Below are positions 18,262 through 28,101 of a DNA stretch of 50,293 nucleotides, piece after piece (the stretch's first letter is position 1; each line of letters opens with the position of its first letter). A model generated the notes under the pieces. It saw nothing but the letters and a program-made list of their open reading frames with translations. It was not told the DNA's origin and did not search any database. The translations under genes were made by a program, and so were the position numbers. Origin of the DNA: a virus (taxonomy: Duplodnaviria > Caudoviricetes); IMG/VR virus record IMGVR_UViG_3300047409_000283, positions 1 through 50,293 of that record. One strand, written 5' to 3'.

Positions 18262-19793
18262 TGGCTGGTGTACAACCACAGCAACAGCGACAGGAAGAAC
18301 CGAATGACTTCGTGTTAACGGGGCCGTTCGGCGGCATCCAGAGCGAGGCTCCATTAGAACGCATCGAGCGTTTGGGCTTCGCTGATGCTGAGAACATTAT
18401 CTTCCGTAAGGGGGCGGCGTTCGCGCGACCTAAGTTGTACACGGGACTGGCCTCGCTCACTGGAGGCGGAGCAGTCGTTGGTGTTGCTGACTTCTTTGAC
18501 AAAGTGCAAGCACGACATCAAGTGGTGATGACACCCACGTCGTTGTTTGTGTGGAACCCCGGCACCAGTGCGTTCGACCAAATCACGGGCGTAATGACGG
18601 GTGGCCCCAATCAGTTGTTCACCAGCGCAGTGGTGGACTACAAACTGTGCTTCTGTCAAGGACAAGACAAAGTTCAGGTGTGGGACGGTATTACGGGTAC
18701 GTTTGGCCCGGTGTCAGCGAACGCTGTACCAGCCAAGTATTTGTTTGAATTGGCGTTCCACCTTATCGCGGCCAACACAATTGAGGCGGGGCCGACTGTC
18801 GCGCCACAGCGCGTGCGATGGACTGGCGCAGGTGACCCAACGGATTGGACTTCATTTGACTCAGGTCAGATCGATTTGTTGAACGATCTCGGCCCGATCA
18901 CCGGCGGCGTGAAGCTGTTCCAGTCTGGTTATGTGTTTCAGTATTGGGGTATCACGCAGATGATACCAACTGGTAATGGACTGGCACCGTTTCAGTTCAT
19001 CCCGTTGGGGAGCAAAGCTAAAGGTAATGTAATACCAGCGTCGCTCGCGTCGTTTGGAGAGGACATCTGTTGCTATGTGGGGAAGAACAACGTTTACCAG
19101 TTTGATGGCAACTACTCCACCCCAATCGGAGATCGTCCCATCGACGGGTCGCGTTATCGCAGCGGTGCTCGTAAGCGCATCTTGGCGGACTTGCAGTTCG
19201 CTAACTTCGATGAGGTGTTTGGGTTCCTGAGCACCAGTATCAACGGCCAGGATTATTTTGCGTACTGGCTGTTCATACCATCGCTCAACGAAGCGTGGGT
19301 GTACCACTTCGATGAAGGTAACTGGACACGTGAAACATTTGGTGCAAACACGCCGTCGATCGCTGGTAACTTCTTCAAGAACCAGATACCGCGTATCATG
19401 GATTTGATCGGGACGATTGCACAGCAGCAGTGGTCACCAGCGTCGCTGAACGCTGGGTCGCCGTTCGACGACATGCTAGTGGGACTGACATCAGGTATCC
19501 CAGGTTATATCGACATGACTGGATCATCTGAGCTACCGTGGTCGATCACATCGGGTGCCAATGTGATAGGCGACACACGGCACTGGAAAACAGTTAAAGC
19601 TGTGCGACTCGTTTTGGAAGACGTCGCACCCAACTTTACGTGTTTGCTGAAATTGACGAGTAACACTGGCTACAGTCAGACACAGCAAGTCGGCCCCATC
19701 GGAACCGGAAGTGGACTGCCGTTGATTGTTGTTGTGCCGTTTCAGCCAGCGGTTACTGGTTATCAGATCACGTGGAAATTGTTCTCGGCTTGA
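18261..19793 (+). CDS. Tail nozzle/stabilisation protein (P22 gp10- or tubular B-like, beta-propeller)
   Basis: 510 aa beta-rich; RVRWTGAGDPTDW, G.ITGG and WVYHFDEGNW repeats; location in tail module. Confidence 0.7.
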   Translation: MAGVQPQQQRQEEPNDFVLTGPFGGIQSEAPLERIERLGFADAENIIFRKGAAFARPKLYTGLASLTGGGAVVGVADFFDKVQARHQVVMTPTSLFVWNPGTSAFDQITGVMTGGPNQLFTSAVVDYKLCFCQGQDKVQVWDGITGTFGPVSANAVPAKYLFELAFHLIAANTIEAGPTVAPQRVRWTGAGDPTDWTSFDSGQIDLLNDLGPITGGVKLFQSGYVFQYWGITQMIPTGNGLAPFQFIPLGSKAKGNVIPASLASFGEDICCYVGKNNVYQFDGNYSTPIGDRPIDGSRYRSGARKRILADLQFANFDEVFGFLSTSINGQDYFAYWLFIPSLNEAWVYHFDEGNWTRETFGANTPSIAGNFFKNQIPRIMDLIGTIAQQQWSPASLNAGSPFDDMLVGLTSGIPGYIDMTGSSELPWSITSGANVIGDTRHWKTVKAVRLVLEDVAPNFTCLLKLTSNTGYSQTQQVGPIGTGSGLPLIVVVPFQPAVTGYQITWKLFSA

Positions 19794-19800
19794 GATTAAC

Positions 19801-20628
19801 ATGGAAGATATACTCGACTGGATGTTAATGAGTTATCCGCTGCGGACGCAGAAACACCTCGCTGGGGTGTCACTGTATGGGGCCAGTTGGCTTGATGCTG
19901 ATGGAGTAAAGATCTGGATGATTAAGAACGTGTCGGGTCATCCACCGGATATCTATACCTATGACACTAACTTCGTTCGTTTCTATCTTACAGAGAACGG
20001 CGACGAGCACGCGTTTAACAACGCTAATGCGTACAAGCGACAAATCGTACCATTTCCGTGGGCACCGCGTTTGTATGATCCGACTCTGTCGCCAGTACGA
20101 ATCGACACGCCGGGGCTGAATCAATTAGTCAGAACACTGGCGTGTGAAACTGACGGCGAGCCAATTATCAATCTGGGGCCGGTTACGACCATTACGTCGG
20201 GACCAACGACAATTGCGTTCGGTGGCGATGTTGGTACTCGACTCACTATCATAGTTAGTTACTACTACGGTAGCGGAGCACGAGAACAGTTCTTCTATGT
20301 GAAGGGTCTAGGTCTGGTACAATGGCAGCTTGCACATCTGGTGTCGGGAGCCCCGATCACCGGAGTGTACGTTGTGGATCAAACGTCGTTGATGAACATG
20401 ATTGTCGACGGTGGTTGCCCGACACCGATTTTTCCATGTTACCTGTCAATTCCAGGAGCAGGTTTCACTGGGACGTGGATTGGTGGGGTTCCGGGTGCAG
20501 GTGGTAATGTTCAGAATTACGGTACGATCGTGTCACCGCCTGTCGATCCAGATGCTCCGATGCTGGCTTTGTCAGAAATTAGTTTGATACTTGATGTGGG
20601 TGGTGATGTACGTCCAGGTGACGCGTAA
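19801..20628 (+). CDS. Hypothetical tail-module protein
   Basis: Long ORF (frame open from 19726); REQFFYVKGLGLVQW motif; weak RBS. Confidence 0.6.
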   Translation: MEDILDWMLMSYPLRTQKHLAGVSLYGASWLDADGVKIWMIKNVSGHPPDIYTYDTNFVRFYLTENGDEHAFNNANAYKRQIVPFPWAPRLYDPTLSPVRIDTPGLNQLVRTLACETDGEPIINLGPVTTITSGPTTIAFGGDVGTRLTIIVSYYYGSGAREQFFYVKGLGLVQWQLAHLVSGAPITGVYVVDQTSLMNMIVDGGCPTPIFPCYLSIPGAGFTGTWIGGVPGAGGNVQNYGTIVSPPVDPDAPMLALSEISLILDVGGDVRPGDA

Positions 20629-20990
20629 TGCCACAGGCTCCAGCTACGCTACAACCGACGACTGAGAAAGAAACTAACACTGCCGGTTGGCGGATGTTGC
20701 GACGGTTGTGGGAACAACTTGCACGTGTTGTCAACGGACTGATCAGTTTCGGTGACGGCTTAAAGAGCGACAACATCGCTGGTGTCTGGAAAGCCGTCAC
20801 GACGCCGGCGGCGAACACTGACTTCACAGTGACACACAATTTACAACATGTCTGTGTTGGGTATTTGGTAATGACAAAGTCAGCAGCCTGCGATGTGTAC
20901 ACGTCACCAACAGCTAACGCTGACCCAACGCACACGATCATCTTACGTGCTACTGTGAATGCTGTCAACTTAACATTGTTCTTGATCTAG
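20628..20990 (+). CDS. Hypothetical tail protein
   Basis: Coupled start; VNGLISFGD....DNI...TDFTVTHNL...GYLV pattern. Confidence 0.6.
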   Translation: MPQAPATLQPTTEKETNTAGWRMLRRLWEQLARVVNGLISFGDGLKSDNIAGVWKAVTTPAANTDFTVTHNLQHVCVGYLVMTKSAACDVYTSPTANADPTHTIILRATVNAVNLTLFLI

Positions 20991-20993
20991 GGA

Positions 20994-21746
20994 GTGTGGC
21001 CTGTGGTAATGAAAACATCGTTCCTGATTAGTGATCTCGTTAACGAGGTCATCCTGCGTGTTGAGAATCGCATTACGGACACCGAGCGCGCGGCTATCTG
21101 GTTGCGTGACGCGTTGCTTGAGATCAGCGGCAATCCAGACTATCGTGATGACTTCGACCAGTTGGAAGTGCTTGGGCCGTTGTTCAATTTGACGGCTGGT
21201 GTACAGGAATTTCCGTTCAGTGGCTTGGTGCCGCCACAGGCGTTGCCTTTACAGTCGGGATATAACATGTCCACATTGGATATCTTCTTGTGGACTGATT
21301 ATCCGTTGAACACACTACGTCGAAAGCTCAACCCAACTAACTATCAAGACGCTGACAAGTTTCAACAAGCCGTGTCCATTCCGACGGAGTGGTATCGTTT
21401 TGCGGACACAGTGGGATTCAACCCTCGTCCTAATCAACCATATCAAGTGCAAGCTCGCATCATGCAGGAGCATCCCATTGATGATGACAACTTGCCGACA
21501 ACTCAGATCCTGTTGCCTCGTGAATGGAACGAAGTGCTTATCTATGCCGCTGTGATGCGAGCGTATACCGAGCTACTTGAGTACGAGAAGGCACAGCAGA
21601 TTCGAGTGTTCCTGCAAGGTGACCCGAAGTTCCCTGGTAAGTCCGGTCTCGTGGAAGCTATTAAGAAACGTCGCAAGCGTGAAGCATGGCGTCAAGAGCA
21701 GCCGCTTCGTCCTGTAATCAGAGGTTACAGTTGGGGCTCGTCATAA
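20994..21746 (+). CDS. Head-tail adaptor/tail tubular A-like protein
   Basis: LTAGVQEF, PT.WY, NP.PNQ.Y, LP.EW.EVLIYAA...A....EYEKA pattern of adaptor proteins; start may be 21009. Confidence 0.7.
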   Translation: MWPVVMKTSFLISDLVNEVILRVENRITDTERAAIWLRDALLEISGNPDYRDDFDQLEVLGPLFNLTAGVQEFPFSGLVPPQALPLQSGYNMSTLDIFLWTDYPLNTLRRKLNPTNYQDADKFQQAVSIPTEWYRFADTVGFNPRPNQPYQVQARIMQEHPIDDDNLPTTQILLPREWNEVLIYAAVMRAYTELLEYEKAQQIRVFLQGDPKFPGKSGLVEAIKKRRKREAWRQEQPLRPVIRGYSWGSS

Positions 21747-21760
21747 ACTAGGAGGATATT

Positions 21761-22861
21761 ATGGATGCATCACCGATGCCGATTTTTCGACCTGCTGGCG
21801 GTAGCGGCAGTGATATTTTTCGTCCTCCGTCGTCCAATCAGTATTTTCCGATGATGCCGTCGATGTCGAGTCCCAGCTCACCGAACACCGGAATGGGCGG
21901 CGGTGGGATGCCCGGAACGCCGGGCGGTAGCGGTGGAACTGGTTTTGACATGAGCCAATTCAACTGGAGTGGATTCAACCCTGCTGCTCAGTCTGGTAAC
22001 TTCTTTAATAAGGGGTCAGGTGTCGCGAGTGAACCAACGCAGTATCCACATCTGTCACAGAACTGGGCTGAGTACCTGAAGTCTCAAATGGGGCAGGGAA
22101 CACCTGCTAACCCATTGTTACAACAGTTGATGCAATTCTTCAGCGGCGGACAGAGCAATATGCCTGGCGCTAACACGTTGTCAACGATTGCAAATCAAGG
22201 CATCTCAGCATTACCTGAGTGGCAATCGATGATTCAAGCGCAGCAACAAAACATCGGACAGAATCAAGCTAATCTACGTGAGCAGTTCGCTGGGATGGGT
22301 GATCTGGCTGGGTCACCGTTTGGTACGGCGATGTCAAACTTTGCGCAGCAAACCACGTTGGACGAGAACTCGTTGCTCGCGCAGTTACAGCAACAGAACA
22401 TTTTGCAGGGCCAGATTCCAGTTGCCGAGAATTTGATGGGCGGCGCGAATCAGATGGGTATGTTTGGTCAGTCGTTGCTACCGCAGAACAACCCGTTGAA
22501 TCAGTTCATGGAGCAGATGGCGACCACGTATGGGCCGATGTACCAGACTAAGAAAGGAGGCGGTATCTTGGGTGGTTTGATGCCAAGTATTATGGGTGCC
22601 GCTGGTGGTGGAATCGCAGCGGGTGCAGGTGGAGGTGGAGCCAGTGAGATCATCATGGCGATGCTTGCCGGGATGTGCCACGTAGCAGCGTCGTTCTGGG
22701 GCTGGGACGATCCACGTACTAAGAAAGTCCAGTGGTATATGATTACACAAGCTGATCCTAAACTAGCAATGTTCTACCTGCGTAACGGCTGGTGGATTGC
22801 CAAAACGGATCTACGATGGAAATTCAAACCACTATTCGATAGCATCCTGGGGGTGGCGTAA
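21761..22861 (+). CDS. Internal virion/DNA ejection protein with C-terminal CFI-box-like domain
   Basis: AGGAGG RBS; Gly/Gln/Met-rich body; ends GGG...AGMCHVAASFWGWDDP...FYLRNG..IA..F..LFD. Confidence 0.65.
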   Translation: MDASPMPIFRPAGGSGSDIFRPPSSNQYFPMMPSMSSPSSPNTGMGGGGMPGTPGGSGGTGFDMSQFNWSGFNPAAQSGNFFNKGSGVASEPTQYPHLSQNWAEYLKSQMGQGTPANPLLQQLMQFFSGGQSNMPGANTLSTIANQGISALPEWQSMIQAQQQNIGQNQANLREQFAGMGDLAGSPFGTAMSNFAQQTTLDENSLLAQLQQQNILQGQIPVAENLMGGANQMGMFGQSLLPQNNPLNQFMEQMATTYGPMYQTKKGGGILGGLMPSIMGAAGGGIAAGAGGGGASEIIMAMLAGMCHVAASFWGWDDPRTKKVQWYMITQADPKLAMFYLRNGWWIAKTDLRWKFKPLFDSILGVA

Positions 22862-24132
22862 TGGGAATGTCACAATTGTTACCGATGTTGTTGCAGAAAA
22901 TCATGTCGGCCAATAAAGGCCCAATGTCTGAGCAGCCGCCCGGAATGACAACACCGTTCGGGATGCCGGGCGGCGGTGGCGGAAGCACGATGCCGTCGGT
23001 GTCACCTCAAATTCAGCAAATGCAACAGCAGATGCAGAACCAAGCACAGATATTCGGTCAGCAACCTAACGCTACCGCTGCGTCACAACAAGGCCCGTTG
23101 CAGGGGCCACGTAATGTCCGTCCCGGTGAAGTGGGTCAGACTGAATGGTCGACGCGTAGTGGTAAAAACATGGCTATCACTGAAGCGTCAGTGGAGTCGT
23201 TCCGCAATGCGTTTCAAGTCGGTGAACAGAAGAACTGGAATCGCAGTGCAGCACAGGCCGAACAATTGTGGCAGAGCTATCGTTCATTGAATCAAGCACT
23301 GGAGGAAACACAAGATCCCAAGGCAAAGGAAGCCATCAAGAAGCAACTTGACGCTATGATGGAAGATCCAAAAACACAAAAGATCATGAAGAAGGCGCAC
23401 CAAGATCCGACCAGTGCTTACGGTGTCGGTCTACAACGTGCGATGCAACAGTCCAAACAGGAGGCAAAGGAGCAAGCTGCACTCGAGGAGGTTTACAGCA
23501 AGATTCAGTTGCAGCAGCAACAAGCTCAGGCCGAGAAACAACGCGCTGCTCAGGAAGCCTCGACAGCCCACTTGCGTGACGTACAAGCTGCACAGTCGGG
23601 ACAGATCACGCCGAAGGTCGGAGCGGAGCTACAGAACAAAAAAGACATTGTCCAGATGCAGGTAGATCAACAAAAAGACCACTGGGCGAAGTGGGCTCAG
23701 GCTGAATCGGATCGCACCAAAGCCATGATTCAGATGAACAACGCTCGGATTAAAGCGATGAAGGACACTAAAGGTCAGGATAAGGCCATCAAATACTTCC
23801 AGACTCAGGCAACTGAGCTAGGTAAGCAACTCACTGATCTCGACAAACAGCAAAAAGACATTCAAGACAATATCACTAAAGTAGGAACATTTGGCGATTT
23901 GATTGGTCATCAAGGTGATGATCTGCGTGCTCGACTCCCCGCGTTGGCGCAACGACGTCAACAAATACAACAAGCTATTGACCAGTTGAATAACAAAATC
24001 GCTATCACAACGCAAGCTGGTGTCATTCAAATGCCTCCAGCTGACCCAGCACCGGGGGTGTCGCAACCGCCAAGTGGACAGATTACAGTGCCGAACGATA
24101 CGATCATCGTGAAACCTGAGGATATGCAATGA
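22861..24132 (+). CDS. Internal virion/ejection protein, coiled coil
   Basis: Gln/Lys/Ala-rich helical protein after the tail genes. Confidence 0.6.
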   Translation: MGMSQLLPMLLQKIMSANKGPMSEQPPGMTTPFGMPGGGGGSTMPSVSPQIQQMQQQMQNQAQIFGQQPNATAASQQGPLQGPRNVRPGEVGQTEWSTRSGKNMAITEASVESFRNAFQVGEQKNWNRSAAQAEQLWQSYRSLNQALEETQDPKAKEAIKKQLDAMMEDPKTQKIMKKAHQDPTSAYGVGLQRAMQQSKQEAKEQAALEEVYSKIQLQQQQAQAEKQRAAQEASTAHLRDVQAAQSGQITPKVGAELQNKKDIVQMQVDQQKDHWAKWAQAESDRTKAMIQMNNARIKAMKDTKGQDKAIKYFQTQATELGKQLTDLDKQQKDIQDNITKVGTFGDLIGHQGDDLRARLPALAQRRQQIQQAIDQLNNKIAITTQAGVIQMPPADPAPGVSQPPSGQITVPNDTIIVKPEDMQ

Positions 24133-26711
24133 GCACCGCTCCGCAAGGCGTCGTCGTGATCGGGCCGGATCAGAAGAAGTATCAGTTTCCGGCGGGGACG
24201 ACGAAGGAGAAGGCTGTTGCTTATTTCAAGACCAAAGGTATTGGTGCACCTACATCTCCAAATCCTGTGACTCCAGGAAATATCGATTTGTATAATCGAC
24301 CACACGTCAAGAATCCTGATGGATCGACTAGCACTGTTCGATCAATTGGAATTGAAGTAGCTGGTAAACAAGTTGTTATTCCCACCGTGAGTCCAGATGG
24401 AAAAATTCTATCTAATAAAGATGCTATCGCGTTGTATCGTAAGACAGGTCAGCATCTTGGGATTTTCAAGACTCAAAAAGAAGCCGACCTTTTTGCTCAA
24501 AATCTTCACAATGAATACGCCGCGGGTAAATACGATAAAAAACCCGATGCTCCTCCGAACGAGTCAGTACGGGCGAAGTACGAACGAGAACACCCTGTCA
24601 CACTCAAACCTTATTCCGCCCCACCCGCGGAGAATCGCACTCTGAAGCACGCTGGACAGCAGGCTATTGAGGGTCTAAAAGAGGTGGGTCAGAGTGCCGC
24701 TGAACTCGGTAAGGACTTGGCTCACAATCCAAATTGGGTGTTTGGTAATGAGTCGGTCTTCCGACACGCGATAGCTGAGCCTGCGGTTAAAGAGAAACTC
24801 GAGATGGAGGCTGCGCTGAAGCTCCATCAATACGATCGCGCCGGAATACATGGCATCGCGAGTATCTTTCCGTTGGTTGGCCCGTGGGTTGGAGGGATGT
24901 ACGAGCAAGCTGTCACCGGCGATCCGATAGGTGCCGCTGCTAAAGGCGGAGCACAGGCTCTTGCAGTGGAAGCGACTGGTAAGGTTGTGAAGGGTGTTAA
25001 GGAGGCTGTCAAAGATCCCAAATTGATGGCACGTCAGTTGGAGGTCAAAGCATCGCACCCGGAGATCTCAGAGAAGGCACTGGACAAAACAGAGATGGCC
25101 GAGGCCGGTCGTGCGATGGCTGAGAGCAAGGTCATCGCTGGCAAACTGACACTACCGCGTAAACTAGACCAAATTATCAAGACCAAGAGCGGTCAGGTAG
25201 ATCAGATTGTAAAACAAGCCGACGCAGCAGGTAAAACGGCTGATGTCACACCTGCGTTGAACACCGCCGTTGACACAGCGAAACAGCGCGCGGCGGCCCT
25301 CGGTGACCGCAAAGCGTTAGACGCATTGGATCGTTGGAAGCTCCAGCAGTCTGCCGACCTTGATCCCAAGACAAAACAGTGGTCACCACGTAACATGACT
25401 AAGCGGATGCCTAGTCAACTGCTGCATGACTCACGTCTGTTGGAACATGATGCGGGATGGGAGGGTGGTCAGACACCTGAGTCGATCAAGAACGCCGCGA
25501 AGATGTACCGTAAAGCTATCAATGACCATTTGGATTCAACCGCGCCTGGCACCGCTCGGTTACGTAGCGACGTGTCTGCACTGATTAAGAACCGTGAAGG
25601 CGCACTGGAGATGGCCAAGAAAAGCTTCATGGGGTCATCGCCCACGTTTGTGTCGTACTTTAGGTCACCTGGGACGCTTGGCGCTTACGCATTGCTCAAA
25701 GGCTTAGGGTTCAGTTGGATCGGTGCTATCGCACCTGTGGTTGGGCTGAAAACGTTGTGGGACTCTACTCTATCACGTACCGCTCGTGCGGCGATCTTAC
25801 AGCGCGCCGGCGAGATCATTGACGGCACAAAGCCGTCCAGTGCAGCGCAGGGTGGTCAACCAGCTACGCCAACGGCACCGCCAGTTGCACCACAGACACC
25901 GCCCACCCCACCCAGTCCTACCCCAGCGCCAGCGGGAGCACCGCCCACGCAAGCGGGTCAGATGCAATTACCACCGGGTGCTCAACAGGCGTTGCAGACG
26001 TTCCAACAGGCGAAACAGTTAGCTGGGCCGACGGCTCCAATTGAGCAAGTTGTCGTTACAGCACAAAAAATTAAGGCTGTAAAGGCGTTACAAGCCGCCG
26101 TTGGGCCACAAGTGGCTCAAACCACGCCACAGGCCAACGTCGCGCCTAGCGGCCCACCAAACGCCGTTAACCCCTTACAGGGCAACAACTTAGGGGCGGC
26201 TGCCCCTGCGGTGGCCAAAATAGCCGAAGGCGTGAGCGGCGTTGGCCCCAAAGCCAAAGCACTGCTTGACCGTCTGGATGAGCTCACGCAACGTGTCCCC
26301 AAGAGCGGTAAAGATCGTCAGGATATCGCACGTGAAATCGACGACATAAAAAAGGCCGCTGCCACTGAAACCACTGACGCAGATCGTAAAGCGATCACGG
26401 AGCGTGTACAAGCACGTGAGCGTCAACAAAAACATCGTGCCAAAGCGCAGGCTGAGACACCTGGCGCGTCGAGCACCGCGGCCAAGGAACCTATCGCAGC
26501 GGGTGGTAATCCAGAGACTCAGACTATGTTGATTGACGCTGGTCTGAACAAGTTGTCTAAGCTAGGCGAGATCGGACGCAATGCAGCGAAGGCGTCAAAA
26601 CGCGAAGCTATCATGCACAAGTGGTCATTCGCAGAACACGCAGCGCAGATCACGGAGCAGATCGAGTTCCTGTCGTCACATCCGGAATTGACGACGGAAG
26701 ATGTAAAATAA
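24129..26711 (+). CDS. Large internal virion/ejection protein
   Basis: 860 aa Ala-rich helical protein, last large gene of structural arm; discrete [16 protein letters not shown] domain near N-terminus. Confidence 0.65.
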   Translation: MSTAPQGVVVIGPDQKKYQFPAGTTKEKAVAYFKTKGIGAPTSPNPVTPGNIDLYNRPHVKNPDGSTSTVRSIGIEVAGKQVVIPTVSPDGKILSNKDAIALYRKTGQHLGIFKTQKEADLFAQNLHNEYAAGKYDKKPDAPPNESVRAKYEREHPVTLKPYSAPPAENRTLKHAGQQAIEGLKEVGQSAAELGKDLAHNPNWVFGNESVFRHAIAEPAVKEKLEMEAALKLHQYDRAGIHGIASIFPLVGPWVGGMYEQAVTGDPIGAAAKGGAQALAVEATGKVVKGVKEAVKDPKLMARQLEVKASHPEISEKALDKTEMAEAGRAMAESKVIAGKLTLPRKLDQIIKTKSGQVDQIVKQADAAGKTADVTPALNTAVDTAKQRAAALGDRKALDALDRWKLQQSADLDPKTKQWSPRNMTKRMPSQLLHDSRLLEHDAGWEGGQTPESIKNAAKMYRKAINDHLDSTAPGTARLRSDVSALIKNREGALEMAKKSFMGSSPTFVSYFRSPGTLGAYALLKGLGFSWIGAIAPVVGLKTLWDSTLSRTARAAILQRAGEIIDGTKPSSAAQGGQPATPTAPPVAPQTPPTPPSPTPAPAGAPPTQAGQMQLPPGAQQALQTFQQAKQLAGPTAPIEQVVVTAQKIKAVKALQAAVGPQVAQTTPQANVAPSGPPNAVNPLQGNNLGAAAPAVAKIAEGVSGVGPKAKALLDRLDELTQRVPKSGKDRQDIAREIDDIKKAAATETTDADRKAITERVQARERQQKHRAKAQAETPGASSTAAKEPIAAGGNPETQTMLIDAGLNKLSKLGEIGRNAAKASKREAIMHKWSFAEHAAQITEQIEFLSSHPELTTEDVK

Positions 26712-26741
26712 CACGAATACAATCCACGTGGAGGTCATAAC

Positions 26742-26972
26742 ATGGGAGCAGGTAGTTTGAACAACGCAGAAGTGAAATCAGTGTGCGATGGACTGGAGTG
26801 CAGTCCCAGCGCGAACAGCAAGCCCGCACCGTCGGGTGGCAAAGCGAAGCTGATCCGTCACGCGGCTTCACCCGCAGCATCGGGGTCGACGGGCGACTTT
26901 ACCATGTCACGTCAGAGTGGAAAGATACCTGGATACAAAACAGGTTTCGCTCGCGGTGCGCGGCAGGAATAG
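26742..26972 (+). CDS. Small hypothetical protein
   Basis: GGAGG RBS; ends just before terminator. Confidence 0.6.
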   Translation: MGAGSLNNAEVKSVCDGLECSPSANSKPAPSGGKAKLIRHAASPAASGSTGDFTMSRQSGKIPGYKTGFARGARQE

Positions 26973-26990
26973 TGTTGTGCAGTGCAACAC
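26972..26990. promoter_or_regulatory. GTGTTG-N7-CAACAC palindromic box (family A)
   Basis: GTGTTG tgcagtg CAACAC. Confidence 0.6.
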
Positions 26991-27020
26991 AAAAGGGGTG
27001 GCTCACGCCACCCTCTTTTT
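26991..27020. terminator. Bidirectional intrinsic terminator at the convergence of the two arms
   Basis: AAAAG-GGGTGGC-TCAC-GCCACCC-TCTTTTT; U-tract on both strands. Confidence 0.85.
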
Positions 27021-27423
27021 ATGCGTAACTGCCGTCCAACGGCAGTGGGGTGTCTTGATCGATTTCTGCGTCTTCCGCAGCGATCTCCGCAACGATTTCT
27101 TCCTGTGCCAGCGCGATCCACGCGGGACGGTTTTTGAACTGCACGGCGATCCCGGACATCATGCCGTACAGAACACGTTTGCCCATCCATTCCTCAGTAC
27201 CGATACCAGTAGCGACCACCCGGCCGGTGGTCGGACGTACTAAGGACTTCTGTGGTGCCAGGATGATTTTCGAGGGTGCCTTCGGTGCGTCTTGTGCGAC
27301 GATCACCCGCCCCGGCGTTGGCTTCAAGAAGCACGCATCCGGAATAGCGTAGGCTTTCTGGTTGTCGCGCTCAACGCGCTCTAGGGTTTCAGCGATACCA
27401 CCGAATTCAGCTTTGTTGGTCAT
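27019..27423 (-). CDS. groES: GroES/Cpn10-like co-chaperonin
   Basis: LKPTPGRVIV...SKIIL...PTTGRVVATG...G.RVLY...G..V......EEIVA. Confidence 0.8.
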   Translation of the reverse strand: MTNKAEFGGIAETLERVERDNQKAYAIPDACFLKPTPGRVIVAQDAPKAPSKIILAPQKSLVRPTTGRVVATGIGTEEWMGKRVLYGMMSGIAVQFKNRPAWIALAQEEIVAEIAAEDAEIDQDTPLPLDGSYA

Positions 27424-27761
27424 GCTAACTTGCCTCCATGTCTGTGTCCTCTAGTGAGGTTATATTTGAGTTTCCGTTCTAATTCGTATTCGAGTTCAAT
27501 GTCGTTTAAGACAGCGTAATGTCCGATTCGAATCAGAATGTCAGCAAACTCAGATCCGATACCTTGTGGTTTGCCGTGATCGTCAGTCCACGACACCGGC
27601 TCACCATTACGGTATGCTTCGAGGGCTTCGCTCGCCTCACTGTGAATGAGGGCTATTTGTTCCGGGATTGGAACTTCTTTTTCAGTCCATCCAAGTTCTT
27701 TGGCTTGCATGTAGCAGCGTTGTACTAAGTCTTCGATTGTCATGTTAACGGGTCCTTTCAT
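27420..27761 (-). CDS. MazG-like all-alpha NTP pyrophosphohydrolase
   Basis: ALIHSEASEALEA...SEFADILIR...K..YN..R..RHGGK. Confidence 0.85.
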   Translation of the reverse strand: MKGPVNMTIEDLVQRCYMQAKELGWTEKEVPIPEQIALIHSEASEALEAYRNGEPVSWTDDHGKPQGIGSEFADILIRIGHYAVLNDIELEYELERKLKYNLTRGHRHGGKLA

Positions 27762-28101
27762 TTAATAGTTCATCAATAGAATCAACACGACGACACAGAC
27801 GTGTGAACACGTTCGTGTACGGACCTATGATAACTACAGGAATATGATTCGCCAATGCGATGCCAAGCTCTGTGTACATTCCCCCTCTCGACCCCTGATG
27901 TATTGTAAACAGTATTAACATATCAGAGTCGTGGATGTCCTTCAAGTCCGTTGTTGCACATTCGATAGGACAAGCATCGTCATGTTGTCCTGTGAGCCAA
28001 ATCGCAGGTACTCTGATGTTATGACCTTTCGCCTCTAGAAGCTTTGCTACTTTATTTAGTTCTAATCTTGCGGAATACGAGCCAGCTAAATAGATTGTCA
28101 T
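27745..28101 (-). CDS. Nucleoside 2-deoxyribosyltransferase/N-glycosidase family protein
   Basis: IYLAG, D...I..SDMLI, GG.YTELG.A.A..IPV. Confidence 0.82.
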   Translation of the reverse strand: MTIYLAGSYSARLELNKVAKLLEAKGHNIRVPAIWLTGQHDDACPIECATTDLKDIHDSDMLILFTIHQGSRGGMYTELGIALANHIPVVIIGPYTNVFTRLCRRVDSIDELLNERTR

